Source of the DNA: Octopus vulgaris
Lineage: Eukaryota
Direction: 5' to 3'
Assembly: GCA_951406725.2 (NCBI GenBank)
Contig: OX597820.1
Coordinates: 88,722,001 to 88,786,000 of the forward strand
DNA: 64,000 nucleotides
Shown: piece after piece, positions 23,976-40,949 of the stretch
How positions within the stretch are numbered: the stretch's first letter is position 1
Layout of the letters: each line of letters starts with the position of its first letter
Position numbers and translations under genes: made by a program
Notes under the pieces: model-generated
The model's database searches: none
What the model was told of the DNA's origin: nothing
What the model saw: the letters and a program-made list of their open reading frames with translations, nothing else

Positions 23976-24207
23976 GGAGGCGTAATGGCCCAGTGGTTAG
24001 GGCAGCAGACTTGCGGTCGTCAGATCGCGGTTTCGATTTCCAGACCGGGCGTTGTGATGTCTATTGAGCGAAAACACCTACAGCTCTACGAGGCTCCGGC
24101 GGGGGGGGGGGGGTGAATCCTGCTATACTCTTTCACCACAACTTTCTCTCACTGTATTTCAAATGGCTAGCCTTGTCACATTCTGTGTCACGCTGAATCT
24201 CCCCGAC
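23976..24207 (+). mobile_element. SINE family C, 3'-truncated
   Basis: Matches the 9641 copy, with an internal deletion. Confidence 0.8.
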
Positions 24208-24282
24208 TTTACGTTCTTTTGGAGTATTTTTAAGAAATTAAATGGAAAAAATAAACTTCATTTTCAGTCGATTTGTCCGACT

Positions 24283-24540
24283 TTAGAGCTTCGGGCTCAC
24301 AATCATGAGGTAATAAGTTCGATTCACGGAGCGGGCTGTCTGTTGTGTTCTTGAGCAGTATCACTAGTGCCAAGCAGTATCAGCCTTTGCCTTTCCCTTG
24401 GATAACATCGGTGGCGTGGAGACTGGTATGCATGGGCGACAGCTGGTCTTCCATGAATAACCTTGCCCAGACTTGTGCTTCGGAAAGGAACTTTCTAAGT
24501 GCAATCCCAAGATCATTTATGACCAAAGGGGTTCTCTACC
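24283..24540 (+). mobile_element. SINE family D, diverged
   Basis: Matches the 40076 and 44826 copies. Confidence 0.7.
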
Positions 24541-24593
24541 CTTTTTACCAATTTCTATAGCACTGGCACCTTGAATTTCATTAGCGGATTCCT

Positions 24594-24820
24594 GCGAGCT
24601 GGTAGAAACGTTAGCACGCCGAGCGAAATTCGTAGCCGTATTTCGTCTGTCGTTACGTTCCGAGTTCAAATTCCGCCGAGGTCGACTTTGCCTTTCATCC
24701 TTTCGGGGTCGATAAATTAAGTACCAGTTACGCACTGGGGTCGATGTAATCGACTTAATCCCTTTGTCCGTCCTTGTTTGTCCCCTCTGTGTTTAGCCCC
24801 TTGTGGGTAGTAAAGAAATA
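24594..24820 (+). mobile_element. SINE family B, young copy
   Basis: Full body with tail GTGTTTAGCCCCTTGTGGGTAGTAAAGAAATA. Confidence 0.9.
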
Positions 24821-25063
24821 TATGTTACTAGTGTTGAAGCTAGGACTCCGGCTTCAGAATAAAGTGGCCCCTCCCTTCCTCTGAGAAGTCACCGATGCCC
24901 TGTAAAGAGTTTCTTTTATCCGACTACACGTCGGTCACAGCAAACATTTAAAAGAATGAATTTAAAAAGGTCTAAAGATTATTACTAAAGTAGAAAATCG
25001 AATAAAGTACATGTGAAAATAATTACAAACCATTTATTAATACGGACATAATTGTTTATTTTT

Positions 25064-26105
<1,042 letters not shown>

Positions 26106-26276
26106 GCTAATAAAATTTTTTAAATGGTTTATTTTCATTTTACATCGTTTTTCGAGTTAAGTCAGATATCTTGGAACCAGTTGCCGACGTAAGCTGAGGT
26201 ATATTTCTGTATACTTAGATGTGACACAAACACACATAATACAATTGTCATAGTCATACACATATACACACATAGA

Positions 26277-26501
26277 AGGCGGCGAGCTGGCAGAAACGTA
26301 AGCATGCCAGGCGAAATGCGTAGCCGTATTTCGTCTGCCGTTACGTTCTGAGTTCAAATTCCGCCCGACTTTGCCTTTCATCCTTTCGGGGTCGATAAAT
26401 TAAGTGCCAGTTACGCACTGGGGTCGATGTAATCGACTTAATTCGTTTGTCTGTCCTTGTTTGTCCCTCTGTGTTTAGCCCCTTGCGGGTAGTAAAGAAA
26501 T
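26277..26501 (+). mobile_element. SINE family B
   Basis: Full body and tail. Flanking duplication TACACATATACACACATAGA / TACATATACACACATAGA. Confidence 0.9.
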
Positions 26502-26916
26502 ACATATACACACATAGACAGTCCCACACACGCACACATACATACATTCACACGTGCACACACATTTACATGCACAAACACATACGTAAATGAAGTGACA
26601 CGCACACACACACACACATACGTAGGTAAAGGAATTCCCATGCACATATTATATACATTTGTCTCCTCCCCCACAGGCACATACGTACATAGAGACAGCT
26701 GCACAGACGCATGCATTCATAGGGACAATCACTTTCCACACACGGACACACACACACGCACACACACACTCACACACACATACACACACGTGCGATATTT
26801 CAGTTATATACTCACGCACACGCCCCCGTATAAATTGTCGCATGGATACACAGTCATTTATACATACATATATACGTACATACATACATACATACATACA
26901 TACATACATACATACA

Positions 26917-26947
<31 letters not shown>

Positions 26948-27047
26948 GTATGCAGTTATGCATGCGCATGTTAAAAAAGGCACAAGCAATCCTGATTGAA
27001 AGGAAAACGAGAAATGGGGGGGAGAAAGAAGTGGTGGAGGGGAAGCA

Positions 27048-27174
27048 AGAGGAGGAGGAGGAGGAAGAAGAAGAAGAAGAAGAAGAAGAAGAAGAAGAAG
27101 AGGAGGAGGAGGAGGAGGAAGAAGAAGAAGAAGAAGAAGAAGAAGAAGAAGAAGAAGAAGAAGAAGAAGAAGAA
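27048..27174. repeat. (GAG)n/(GAA)n purine microsatellite
   Basis: Read directly from the sequence. Confidence 0.95.
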
Positions 27175-27368
27175 ATGTTAGGGGGAGGCGGAGGAATCTG
27201 AAATTGGATGGCTAAATTTCCCTCGTTCTTCATTCTCACATCCACTAGTTATACATCCATCCATCCGTCCGTCTGTCTGCTTGTCTGTCTGTCAATCTAT
27301 CTGTAAGTCAGTTTATATATTCCGTCCGTCTGTCTGCTTGTCTGTCTGTCAATCTATCTGTAAGTCAG

Positions 27369-27459
<91 letters not shown>

Positions 27460-28348
27460 TTGTATGTATGTATGTATTTAAGTATGTATGTATCTGTCTG
27501 TCTGTCGGTCTGCCACTCAGTTTATGTATGTATGTATGTATGTATGTATCTATCTATCTATCTTTCATTCAATCTAATTCTTTCTCGCAACCACCAGATG
27601 GCATTATTATCTGATCTGCCATGTGTTTGTTGAGCTTCCGTTGTAGATGGTGAACTATTCACCAGCTAGTCATTCGTCACCGCCACTACCGCTACTAACA
27701 TCACCACCACCACCACCATCACCACCACCACCACCACAACCACCACAATAACCACCACCACCACCACCACCATCTACCACCACCAGAACACCAGACCACA
27801 AAGCTATATATCTCCACAACCACCCATATAAACACACGCATAAGCATACACTTTCAATTCACGCAAGACGACTATTAGATGGAGTGGTTTTACACTACCA
27901 AAATCACTTCCTGTTAGATTACGACGAAAACAACACTTGTCCTGTTTCTCCTTAAAAATCAGTGATCTAACCGCCCATCTAACCACCCATCTAGTCACCT
28001 AATAAGCCATTAAAACCATTCGTTGGGTAAGCAACCACCTGGCCAACCAATAAGAAGAACAAAAAATAACAAAAAAAGAGAGAAATATTCAACCAAAGAA
28101 ATTAGCCAGCCCGACAACTACCTAACCAGCCTACCAACCAGCTAATCATATGTTTATCCAAACCATCCAATATATCATCTGACTAACCATCCAAGCAACC
28201 ATCCAACCAGTCAATATTAGCTCGGGAGAGATGAGAGAGGAGAGAGAGTGGGAGAGAGAGACAGTCAAGGAGAAGAGAGAGAGAGAAAGTGAGAGTGAGA
28301 GAGCAGTAGCAATTGATATATTTAGCAGTCTATAACGGCCACCACGAT

Positions 28349-28410
<62 letters not shown>

Positions 28411-28558
28411 AATCTACCTACCTACCTATCTATCTATCGATCTATCGATCTATCTGTCTGTCCATCTGTTTATGTGTGTATGCATGTATGTATGTATGTA
28501 TGTATCTATCTATCTTTCTATCGAGTTGTCTGTCTGTGTATATATGTATGTATGTATG

Positions 28559-28623
<65 letters not shown>

Positions 28624-28733
28624 GTCTGTCTATGCATGTATCTATTTACCTATTTATCTCTCAATTTATCTGTCTGCCTATCTGCCTGTGTATGTACCTG
28701 TCTCTGTTCCGTCTGTTTGTTTGCTTGTCTTCA

Positions 28734-28811
<78 letters not shown>

Positions 28812-28847
28812 CAACCAAAGAGCATGGAGTGATAGCATTGGTGTTTA

Positions 28848-28917
<70 letters not shown>

Positions 28918-29176
28918 TAGCATGAGGTGTGCAACAGTTATTAGAGCAATTGTTAATTATTACAAGTCATTAAAACAGAATAATTATCAGAGTAATTATT
29001 ACAGCAACTAACTTTGTGTATAACCGTCATTGAAGCAGCCATTGTAACAGTTTTTACAAAATTATTACAACAGTAGTTATTATAATAACTATTATAACAA
29101 CTATTAGTTATTACACAGCTGTTATTACAGTAGTTATTACAACAGTTATCATAGCCGTTATTAGTCATTACATAAG

Positions 29177-29594
29177 AGGTGGCGAGCTGGCAGAAACGTT
29201 AGCACGTCGGACGAAATGCTTAGCGGTATTTCGTCTGCCGTTACGTTGTGAGTTCAAATTCCGCCGAGGTCGACTTTGCCTTCCATCCTTTCGGGGGTCG
29301 ATAAATTAAGTACCAGTTACGCACTGGGGTCGATGTAATCGACTTAATACCTATGTCTGTCCTCGTTTGTCCCCTCTGTGTTTAGCCCCTTGTGGGTAGT
29401 AAAGAAATAGGTATTTCGTCTGCCGTTACGTTGTGAGTTCAAATTCCGCCGAGGTCGACTTTTCCTTTCATCCTTTCGGGGTCGATAAATAAAGTACCAG
29501 TTACGCACTGGGGTCGATGTAATCGACTTAATACCTATGTCTGTCCCTGTTTGTCCCCTCTGTGTTTAGCCCCTTTGTGGGTAATAAAGAAATA
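29177..29594 (+). mobile_element. SINE B dimer (full unit plus a unit starting at about +48), 16-bp TSD
   Basis: Internal junction AGAAATA|GGTATTTCG. TSD GTTATTAGTCATTACA on both sides. Confidence 0.9.
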
Positions 29595-29645
29595 GTTATT
29601 AGTCATTACAACAGCTGTTATTACAGTGTTTATTACAACAGTTGT

Positions 29646-29952
29646 GGAGGCGCAATGGCCTAGTGGTTAGGGCAGCGGACTCTCGGTCGCAGGATCGCGG
29701 TTTCGATTCCCAGACCGGGCGTTATGAGTGTTTATTGAGCGAAAACACCTAAAAGCTCCACGAGGCTCCGGCAGGGGATGGTGGTGATCCCTGCTGTACT
29801 CTTTCACCACTCTTTCTCCCACTCTTTCTTCTGTTGGCCTGCTCGCTTAGCCAGCGGGGTGGCGTCATTCGAAGGCTAAAACAATGCGAACGCATTGTGA
29901 CCAGCGATGTGTAACAACATCTGATGGTCTGGTCGGTCACGTGATCACGTGA
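29646..29952 (+). mobile_element. SINE with a family C head and a different 3' tail
   Basis: Matches family C to about 29825, then GCTCGCTTAGCCAGCGGGGTGGCG...GGTCACGTGATCACGTGA. Confidence 0.8.
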
Positions 29953-30206
29953 TTACAACAGTTATCATAGCAGTTATTACAATAGCAGTTATTACAGTAG
30001 TTATTACAGAAGTTTTCACAGTTATTACAATAGCAGTTATCACAAGGATGTTTAATAACCCTACAGAGCCTGGCCCACTTTTTTGTTAGTCCATAATGTA
30101 AATTTCTGTTTTCATAAGCTTGACACCGAACCACTTGTTACTAGCCTTGCCAGAAATAGAAACCGCGCCTCCCATACACCTACTTACTTCTCAGCCGTTA
30201 TTGCCG

Positions 30207-31022
<816 letters not shown>

Positions 31023-31247
31023 GCTGCTGCAACCACCACCGAACCCACCGTCGCCACCACCTTCACCATCACTACCGCTGGCAGTTAATGCTGTCATAGG
31101 CAATGTTAATATTTTAACAGCCGTTCTTCACATCTTTCTGAAGCAACTGTGGTTTTTCACACACACACACACACTCACACATGCAACACGTTCATGTGCG
31201 AAAGGGTGTGTATATGTATATGCATTTATATGTGATAAATTGTATGC

Positions 31248-31302
<55 letters not shown>

Positions 31303-31381
31303 TGCACACATACACACACACACACACATATAATGATAGGGCGTCTATAATGATAGACGCCCTATCATTATATGTGTGTGA

Positions 31382-31442
<61 letters not shown>

Positions 31443-31484
31443 CGTGTTTGAAAGAATACACATGCAGTCTATCACATCACTGGA

Positions 31485-32063
31485 TTCAAATTTTGGCACA
31501 AGGCCAGTAATTCTGAGGAGGAGGTTAAGTTGATTACATCGACCACAGTAATCAGTTTGTACTTATTTTATCAACCCCCAAAGGATGGAAGGCAAGGTCG
31601 ACCTGGGCGAAATTTGAACCCAGAATCATAAAAGACGGACGAAATGCAGCTAAGCATTTAGTCGGGCGTGCTAAACAATTCTGCCAGCTCGCAGGGAGCA
31701 AATTGATTACATCAACGCCATTGTACAACTGGAATTTTTTTTGAGGCTCGTCTTCGACGAAATTTGAACTCAGAACACAAAGACAGACGAAATGCCGTTA
31801 AATACTTTTTCCCGGCGTGCTAACGATTCTTATTTCTTTACTCCCCACAAGGGGCTAAACACAGAGGAGGCAAACAAGGACAGACAGACAGATTAAGTTG
31901 ATTATATCGACCCCAGTGTTTAACTGGTACATAATTTATCGACCCCGAAAGGATGAAAGGCAAAGTCGACCTCTGCGGAATTTGAACTCAGAACGTAACG
32001 GCAGACGAAATACGGCTACGCATTTCGCCCGGCGTCCTAACGTTTCTGCCCGCTCGTTGCCTT
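31485..32063 (-). mobile_element. SINE B cluster: young copy inserted at about +15 of an older composite dimer
   Basis: Minus-strand junction AAAGAAATA|AGAATCGTTAGC at about 31830. Confidence 0.8.
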
Positions 32064-32099
32064 AATTCTGTCACATCATTATCATCTTCTAGTCCATTT

Positions 32100-32340
32100 T
32101 CTATCCTTGCGCAGATTCGTCATTCTTCTCTGACACTCGTCAGATATTTTTTTGCATTTCATCAACAATACCTGGTATTCCAGCAGCTTTCCTTACCTTC
32201 GTATCCTTAATGACCATTTTGACCGTTTGACCATTTGACATACGATTGTCAATTTCAGGAACTTGTGTTCTTGTTGGGTCAACTTGGGTAATTTCTCTTT
32301 CACTCTCTGGCATTGTTTCATTTAGTAATCTCACCCAATA
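32100..32340 (-). mobile_element. RTE-like LINE remnant
   Basis: VKMVIKDTKVRKAAGIPGIVDEM resembles the pre-RT K-A-x-G-x-x-G-I-x-x-E-M motif. Confidence 0.55.
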
Positions 32341-32399
32341 ACAAATAGCAACTGAGTAACTGTCACTTACATATAAATTCTATCCCAACATCACACTGA

Positions 32400-34000
32400 T
32401 TTGCCATCCGGAACATACTACATCTTAACCCCACTTAGGAGAAAACAGGCAAACCTCTTACTTTCTGCTTCAAGGCTTACGAAATGTACATGACGTCTAG
32501 CCTGTCTTCTATTTATCTGATGTTTTTTGCTCATCTCGGTCTTCCAGCAGTGTCTCTTTGCAATTCAGGTTGCCTTCCGTCTGGCAGAAAGTGACATTAT
32601 AGTAGAGTTGTACAAAAGATAAAGGAAGGTAGCCTGAATAGCTAGCAATAAGACAATCTGTTTGAACAGAGCAGTATGTACGAGTGAGCTGTGTGAAAGC
32701 ATGTTTACCTGCAGTGGAAGATGGATAAAAGATTGTTGATCGATTATTGATGTCAGCGATGAAATTTGTCCCGAATCGGAAAATAAAATCTTTGTGTATA
32801 CGTAAGGCCGCAGGAGGGAACATAAGGAAAGTGTGCGTAGCAGATGGGCAGAAAGATTATCAATAGCTAAGTTGTAATGACGGGTTACATCAACGACTGG
32901 TTAGAGATAATGCTGGAGAAAAAGGGAGAAAGAACTTAACCTCGATATTTCTTTACAGATGTGACAGAGATGGAGGGGTCATGAGAAGAGAATAGATAAT
33001 TTAGCGTGAGTCAAGTAGGATGAGGAGAAATCGAGGTGTGTGGAAGAGCCAGACTCAATAAAATGCAGAAGGGGAGAGTAGTTAGTGTCATCTTAAGCCA
33101 TGGGTGCACTGAAAAGTTGCCCAAGGGAATCACGAGTCAAGGACTCAATTCTGATCTATATATGCTTTGCCTTGCTGTCAAATAAATACTATAGGACTTA
33201 GTACATTGATTTGTCCGGGGACTTACAATGTTGCTAAAATGGCCCTAAAGGAGGGTATCACATGAAACTGACCAAGGTGTTGGAGACATTGTATTTCCAA
33301 AGTTAAGTAGAAATAATTGGAGACGGAAAATAAAGGAGGTGAGATCTTCATTGGTAAGGCAAATGATACTGACACAATTATTGGTGTAATGACTCTATAT
33401 CTCTTCGGTGGGGTTGGTAAAATATGTTAAGTTAAAAGCCCTAAGGATAACTAACAAATAGATTAGCGTAGTTGCGCTCATCCTAATACCCAAGTCAACA
33501 CCAGTAACGTACCAAAAGAATAGAAGCTGTTGAGAGTGAGGATGAGTGTAGTATGGATGGGTTCGACGTTCCAGAATAATTTGAAAGCCGGGAGTCCATC
33601 ATTGTGGAAGATGATGTTGCAGTGGAGCTTTGCACCCTAAGTGAAAAGTTACCTTGAGGCGCTGCAGTGTGAGAAGAAGTTGAAGAGATGTCGGTGATGT
33701 CAGAGGTGTAGCAAGACGGTGGTGGGGAGATTAATTTCCCTTGGCGCATGTGTGAAAGGACACGAAATTTCTTCAGGACTGTTATGCTTATTGATTACAG
33801 GGCAATTGTTATAAGTGTGTCTGCACCCCTGATACTGAGAAACCTTGCAATGCCACTGGTTTGATTTTGGATGGGACCTGTTACTAAAGGCGACAAGCGT
33901 TGGGCAAAATATTTAGGGATCATTTTGGTATGACAGAGTCAAGTGGAAACACCGAGGTAGTCAGGGATGTTTGACGTACACATCTTCGAGAGGAGGTACA
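32400..34000 (-). mobile_element. Old, heavily decayed LINE remnant (CR1/L2-like)
   Basis: Weak motifs only: DDT near 33085 and YTQRFYFP near 32790. Composition differs from the flanks. Confidence 0.3.
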
Positions 34001-34108
34001 TAGGGTAAGTTTGGGCTGTACGATAAACAAAGTTGGTAGCAGTAGCAAGAACTGGAATGGTGTTGGTGGGCAGGGGCAAACACGGGTGTGGGATATATTG
34101 TCGCTAGA

Positions 34109-34172
<64 letters not shown>

Positions 34173-34923
34173 GACAGACAGACAGAAAGACAGACAGAGA
34201 CAGATAGGCAGATAGGCAGACAGACAGCAGATTTAATGAATTACCAGAGTGCTTCGACTCTATAAAGGCCTGTCTGCCAGACCGCAACAGCACCGCTTTT
34301 TTCTCAGCCAGGTTATCAACGATGTGGTTTCAGTGTCAAAGACGAGGAGATGTTGGGGTACTCATGCAACTTCCGCAAATCGACTATAGAACTGGCTATA
34401 CGTGTGTTCATGCATACGTACAAACATTCATACACAAAGAAATACATAGGTACATATATATAATCATACGTACATAATACATATATAACACATACATACA
34501 TTCATATACAAATACGTGCACCACATTATCCCTCGCATGCTTACACAACGTACACACATTCATACACACACACAAATGCACATGCACACACTTCTCTTTA
34601 TCACGTACAAACATACGTATACACACATACGTCGCACACTCTGACACACAAAGACATACCTCATACACACATATATATGAATAGATATACACACACATAC
34701 TTATACACACGCGCATACATATACGCCGACTCTCCCCTTCTCTCTCTCCCTCTCTCTCACTCTTGCACATACGCTTACTCAGATGTACTACTGCCACACA
34801 AACACGTTGACTCAACTCCGTTGGATTCTGACTCTTACACACTGACTCTCTCTCTCTCTCTCATATCGACATTCACTCTCTCCATCTTTTCTCCCTCTTT
34901 CTCACTCTCACCAAGTCTCTCTC

Positions 34924-35181
34924 TTTTACCCTTTTACTTGTTTCAGTCATTTGACTGTGGCCATGCTGGAGCACCGCCTTTAGTCGAGCAAATCGACCCC
35001 AGGACTTATTCTTTGTAAGCTTATTACTTATTCTATCGGTCTCTTTTGCCGAACTGCTAAGTTACGGGGACGTAAACACACCAGCATCGGTTGTCAAGCG
35101 ATGTTGGGGGCACAAACACAGACTCACAAACATATACACACATATATACATACATACATATATATATACATACATACTTAC

Positions 35182-35230
<49 letters not shown>

Positions 35231-35351
35231 TATACGACGGGCTTCTTTCAGTTTCCGTCTACCAAATCCACTCACAAGGCTTTGGTTAGAACTGAACCCG
35301 GAACCATGTGGTTCGTAAGCAAGCTACTTACCACGTAGCTACTCCTATGCC
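34924..35351 (-). mobile_element. SINE family A
   Basis: Reverse complement match with an internal deletion. Confidence 0.85.
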
Positions 35352-35416
35352 TGTCTCTGCATTTCTGTCTATATGTGTGTAGTTGTTTCTCTCTCTCTTT
35401 CCCTCTCTCTTTCCCT

Positions 35417-35464
<48 letters not shown>

Positions 35465-35536
35465 ACACACCACACGCACACACACACACAAATATGGATA
35501 TACTTATTTCCGATATTAGCGTATAAATATGTATAT

Positions 35537-35649
<113 letters not shown>

Positions 35650-35694
35650 CTCGCGTTGTTGTATGTTCTCTTTGTGTTTTCATGTTTGGATTAG

Positions 35695-35752
<58 letters not shown>

Positions 35753-36262
35753 TTTTGTCCTGATATTAACGTATATGTATGTATGTACATAGACATATAT
35801 ATGTGAATATATATATATATATGCGTGTGTCTGTGTGTCTGTGTGTCTGTGTGCGCGTGCGTGCGTGTGTAAGCTGCCGAGGTGCGTTTCACCACGTCGT
35901 ACCAGGAATTTCAGTTTCCCCATTAGCTTTGTTAGGTCCTTTGTTTCATGTTGTGCGTCCTCTACAAATAGCATCACTGTAGTTAAGTGGTGTTTCTCCG
36001 CTATTAAGGTGCGGACGTTTCTAAAATATGTCATCTGATATGGCTTTGTGTTCGCCTCCTTGTGTTCAGAAACGATAACAGCGCCCCGGCAAAACCTTAC
36101 CCAGCATTGATCAACAATAGCTGAGATGAGCAGAAAGAGTTCATAAATCTCTTTGGTCTAATGTCCATGCCATAAGAAGGTGTTCTTAGTTTATGATCAA
36201 TTTATCTCTAACTTGTTACTTGTCCTGGTACACTGATGCACAGAGTGATAATCTCAATTATA

Positions 36263-36640
36263 GGAGGCGCAATGGCCCAGTGGTTAGGGCAGCGGACTCG
36301 CGGTCGTAGGATCGTGGTTTCGATTCCCAGACCGGGCGTTGTGAGTGTTTATTGAGCGAAAACACCTAAAGCTCCACGAGGCTCCGGCAGGGGATGGTGG
36401 TGATCCCTGCTGTACTCTTTCACCACAACTTTCTCTCACTCTTACTTCCTGTTTCTGCTGTACCTGTATTTCAAAGGGGCGGCCTTGTCACTCTCTGTGT
36501 CACGCTGAATATCCCCGAGAACTACGTTAAGGGTACACGTGTCTGTGGAGTGCTCAGCCACTTACCCGTTAATTTCACGAGCAGGCTGTTCCGTTGATCG
36601 GATCAACCGGAACCCTCGTCGTCGTAACCGACGGAGTGCT
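36263..36640 (+). mobile_element. SINE family C, full length
   Basis: Near-identical to 9641-10020. TSD-like AAT(C/T)TCAATTATA. Confidence 0.9.
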
Positions 36641-37396
36641 TGCATCCAATTTCAATTATATAAGAAAAAAAAGTATTATTGAAATTCTGTGATTATTACA
36701 GAAAACTTTTTCAAAGTCAACAAGGCTGGCATTCTTCATGATGTGTGTAGAGAACTTTGTTCTCTATGGAACTGAATCTAGGGCTTTGTAGGAAAAGCTT
36801 CAGGATTATCTTGATGGTACGTGCATTATGCTTTTCATGGGACTCAAAACATGATATGAGCTCAGGATTTGGATGGAGGTGTATGGACACACTCTACCCA
36901 TCTCAAGGCTTTGTTGTGCTGAGATTAATACTACATGAAAAAGGTTGCGAAACGGCCGTAATCCTATGGAAGTTACGTGGTTAAATAAATATATACTCAT
37001 CTCTTATACCTCCTGACTTCATGTTTGTGTGTTTGTGCGTGTGTGTGTGTAAACAAAAAGGAGCTAATTGAAACAACTCTGACTGGCCAATTGCATGAAT
37101 GGGAATAACAAAGACGAATTAAACTATATTAAATACTATTTAAGAAAACTCTTGATTTATTGAAAACATCGTTTGGAAAGGTTAAACAAATGTCTGGTTG
37201 CGATGGCAACTGAATGTGGTTTCTTCTCTCTGCTCACGTCTTCTCAGCAAGCGTCGACAGTTTATACGGAGCACTAACGCTATCAAGCTCACCCGTTTCG
37301 GAGGACCTACAAAAAGTTATGGGCACTGCTCCTTCCTCCAGACTCTGCAAGTAAAAATAGACAGACAGACAGACAGAACGACTGGTAGATAGATAG

Positions 37397-37744
<348 letters not shown>

Positions 37745-38243
37745 GCAGGCACGCAGACAAACAGAAAGACAAGCAAACAGACAGACAGACAAATATGCAG
37801 GCAGATAGATAGATGTATAAATAGATAATGGAATAGATTTGTTAGAAAATAAACTATTGGCAATTTGATATGAAGTCAAATTAAGATAAGAAGGAGTGAA
37901 CTATTATTGAAATAAGTGGATAAATATGTTTCGTGTATGTACAGAGATGAACTTCTTAAGGTTCTTTTCAATACGTATGCGTCTATGTCAGTATGTATGT
38001 GTACACGATGTATGATTTTGTGTGGCCGTATATTTAGTATAAGAACGTTGTCAGTTACTTCGAAGTTCGCTAGTATTAGATTTTTAAAAACTGTTTCAAT
38101 AAGCTACTACCGGGCAAACTTCGAAGTAACAATCGACATAATTCTCGCAACAAATATTTGATTCTACTTATAGTTTGTGTACTTTATTTCAGTAAATATT
38201 TGTTGCTTTTATGGATTTAATAACATACTCTCACACACACACA

Positions 38244-38307
<64 letters not shown>

Positions 38308-38436
38308 CACAGATATATAGGTATGTAAATATAGATATATATATATGTATTTATATACGTGTGAGTATATATATATATATATACATATATGTGTGTGTGT
38401 GTGTGTGTATGTATGTATATATAAATACACATACAC

Positions 38437-38515
<79 letters not shown>

Positions 38516-40075
38516 CATATATGTATGTGTGTGCGTGCTTGTGTATGTGTGTGCGTGTATAATATATAAATACAGGCAAATATATATACACATACGTACA
38601 TATATGAATATATATATACATATATAAATATATGTCCATACACACACACATATATATATATGTATATATTTATACACACACATATACGTTTATATATACG
38701 CACACTTGCGTGCGTTGTGAGTGGGTGTATGTATAGCTTGTGTGTATATGTGTACGCGCGCGCGTGTGTGTGTGTATATGTGGGTTCCAGCTTCAGTGTG
38801 GATGCGTTTTGTGTATGCGTTTTGCGTGTGTTGTGTGAAGTATAATAAAGCGAATATTTTTTGATTATGGTTTTGATAAAATGCACTAAAATAGAATTAA
38901 AAAAGGAAAACCTCTTCAAGTGCCATAAAGTCTTGGAGGATGCTAAAGAACATATGTTCTTGTGAAAAGATGGAAAAGAAATATGCCGATGGCATATGGC
39001 TGTTCAATAAAGCGTTCACGATGACTACGCCAGTGTTTGTTCATGCAATTAGATTTGATGAAGTTGGAGAAGAGCGAGGATAAAGTGAAAATATTAAAAG
39101 TTGTTGTCTGACATTATTCTCGGCTCTAACCTCTATGTTGTTTGTCGGCTTAAGCAGACAGGATATTGCTGAGGCAGAAATTTATAGGGTATTATATGTG
39201 TGTTAGTTCATGTTTGTGTGTGTTTATACGTGTGTGTGCTCTGCTGTGCGTACGTGTGTGTGTGTGTGTGTGAACAGGTATTATTTTTACTTATATTTGT
39301 TTTGTACTTCGTTTTCTTCCCCGCTTTTTTTTTCCCCCCTATTTGCTATGTAGAATAATATCGTTGCTGCGTATATCCTAACTTAAGTATTAACTGTTCA
39401 TCCCTCACTTTGCGTTTTATTTCCTCACATTTGACCGGCTGGGAAATGTTACGTTCAACACACATATGCCAAAATTCCATGTACATACACACATGCACAC
39501 ACATGCATGCATACATACACACATATAGTTGGCAGTATGTAACTTTTACTCGAAGATAGTAATCATCAAAGTCTACACTGTCTAGAAAATTCTTAAAAAT
39601 TCTAATTTTAATTTTTTTTATCAACATGTGGTTATTGAAATTCTATTATTATCGAAGATTTCAACAACAGAAAACTAATTTTAGTTCACTGCAAGATAGT
39701 GTTTTTTAACACTTCATGGCGTTACTTTCTACAAATTATTTAATAAAAACAGTTTTTCAAATTATAAATTTAATGCCGTGAAAGCCAACTTATGTTGATT
39801 CCATCAACCTTTCATATTTGGTAGATGTTTTTTAAAGAATTAAAATAGATTTAATTTACTTTCGCCACTTGTACAAAATACAAACTTGTCTCACTTTTTC
39901 CCTTCAACAAAAATATTTGATTGTTGTACACAATGTTTTTAAAGACTGTTTTTAGACTGTTATGGTACATGTTAAAGACTTTAACAGGAAATCTGTTATA
40001 TATTTCCGATAGGTATCTTTTTTTGCTGTGACCTCCACTATTTGTGGAGGAATTCTAACTCTATCGTTGATTGCT

Positions 40076-40372
40076 TGCTGGCTCAGTGGTTAGAGCGTCG
40101 AGCTTACGATCGTGAGGTTGTGAGTTCGATTCTCGGACCGGGCTGCGTGTTGTGTTCTTGAGCAAAACACTTTATTTCATGTTGCTCCAGTTCACTCAGC
40201 TGTAGAAATGAGTTTCGACGTCACTGGTGCTAAGCTGTATCGGCCTTTACCTTTCCCTTTGATAACATCAGTGGCGTGGAGAGAGGAGGCTGGTATGCAT
40301 GGGCAACTGCTGGTCTTCTATAAACAATCTTGCCCGGACTTGTGCCTCGGAGGGTAACTTTCTAGGTGCAAT
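40076..40372 (+). mobile_element. SINE family D (tRNA head, CORE-like)
   Basis: TGGCTCAGTGGTTAGAGCG..GAGTTCGATTC; TTCTTGAGCAAAACACTT. Confidence 0.85.
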
Positions 40373-40888
40373 ACTTATTGAACGAATGAATGCTATTAGT
40401 TGAATGAAGGATGCAAACGCAAATTAGATGTAATATATGGGAAAAAATTGCACAAACTGGGAATCAGAAGTGTAAATATTATTTAGCGACTAGCAGAAAA
40501 TAACCTGGAGGTAGATGTGTGCATGAAGGAGAGAGAAAGAGAGAGAGAGAGAGAGAGCGAAAGAAAGAGTGTGAGTGAAAGAGATTTGGCTTTTCGTGTT
40601 GACGAACGTAATTCTAAAATTTTTAACTTGTAGTTAGCTTCTCATGGATTATGAATGCATATATACAACGTTTATGTATTACTTGTTTCAACCATAAGAC
40701 TGTGGCCATGCTGGAGCACCACCTTGAAGTACTTTAATTGAACGAATCAGCCCAGTACTTATCTTTTTAACCTTGGTATATTCTAGCAGTCTCTTTTTGC
40801 AGAACTGCTAAGTTACGGGTCGGGGTTAATACACCAACACCGAGTTTCAAGCGGTGGAGAGGGAGAAATATACAAGGGTACACGCGCA

Positions 40889-40930
<42 letters not shown>

Positions 40931-40949
40931 TACATACATACATACATTA

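Larger units (their letters stand above)
28930..30050. repeat. Degenerate 12-15-bp (GTTATTACAACA)-type tandem array interrupted by SINEs
   Basis: Recurring GTTATTACA units at 28930-29170, 29600-29645 and 29950-30050. Confidence 0.7.

Noticed and set aside
35870-36150. Minus-strand open stretch [16 protein letters not shown]..
   Set aside because: No recognisable domain or convincing splice pair, and it runs into a microsatellite.
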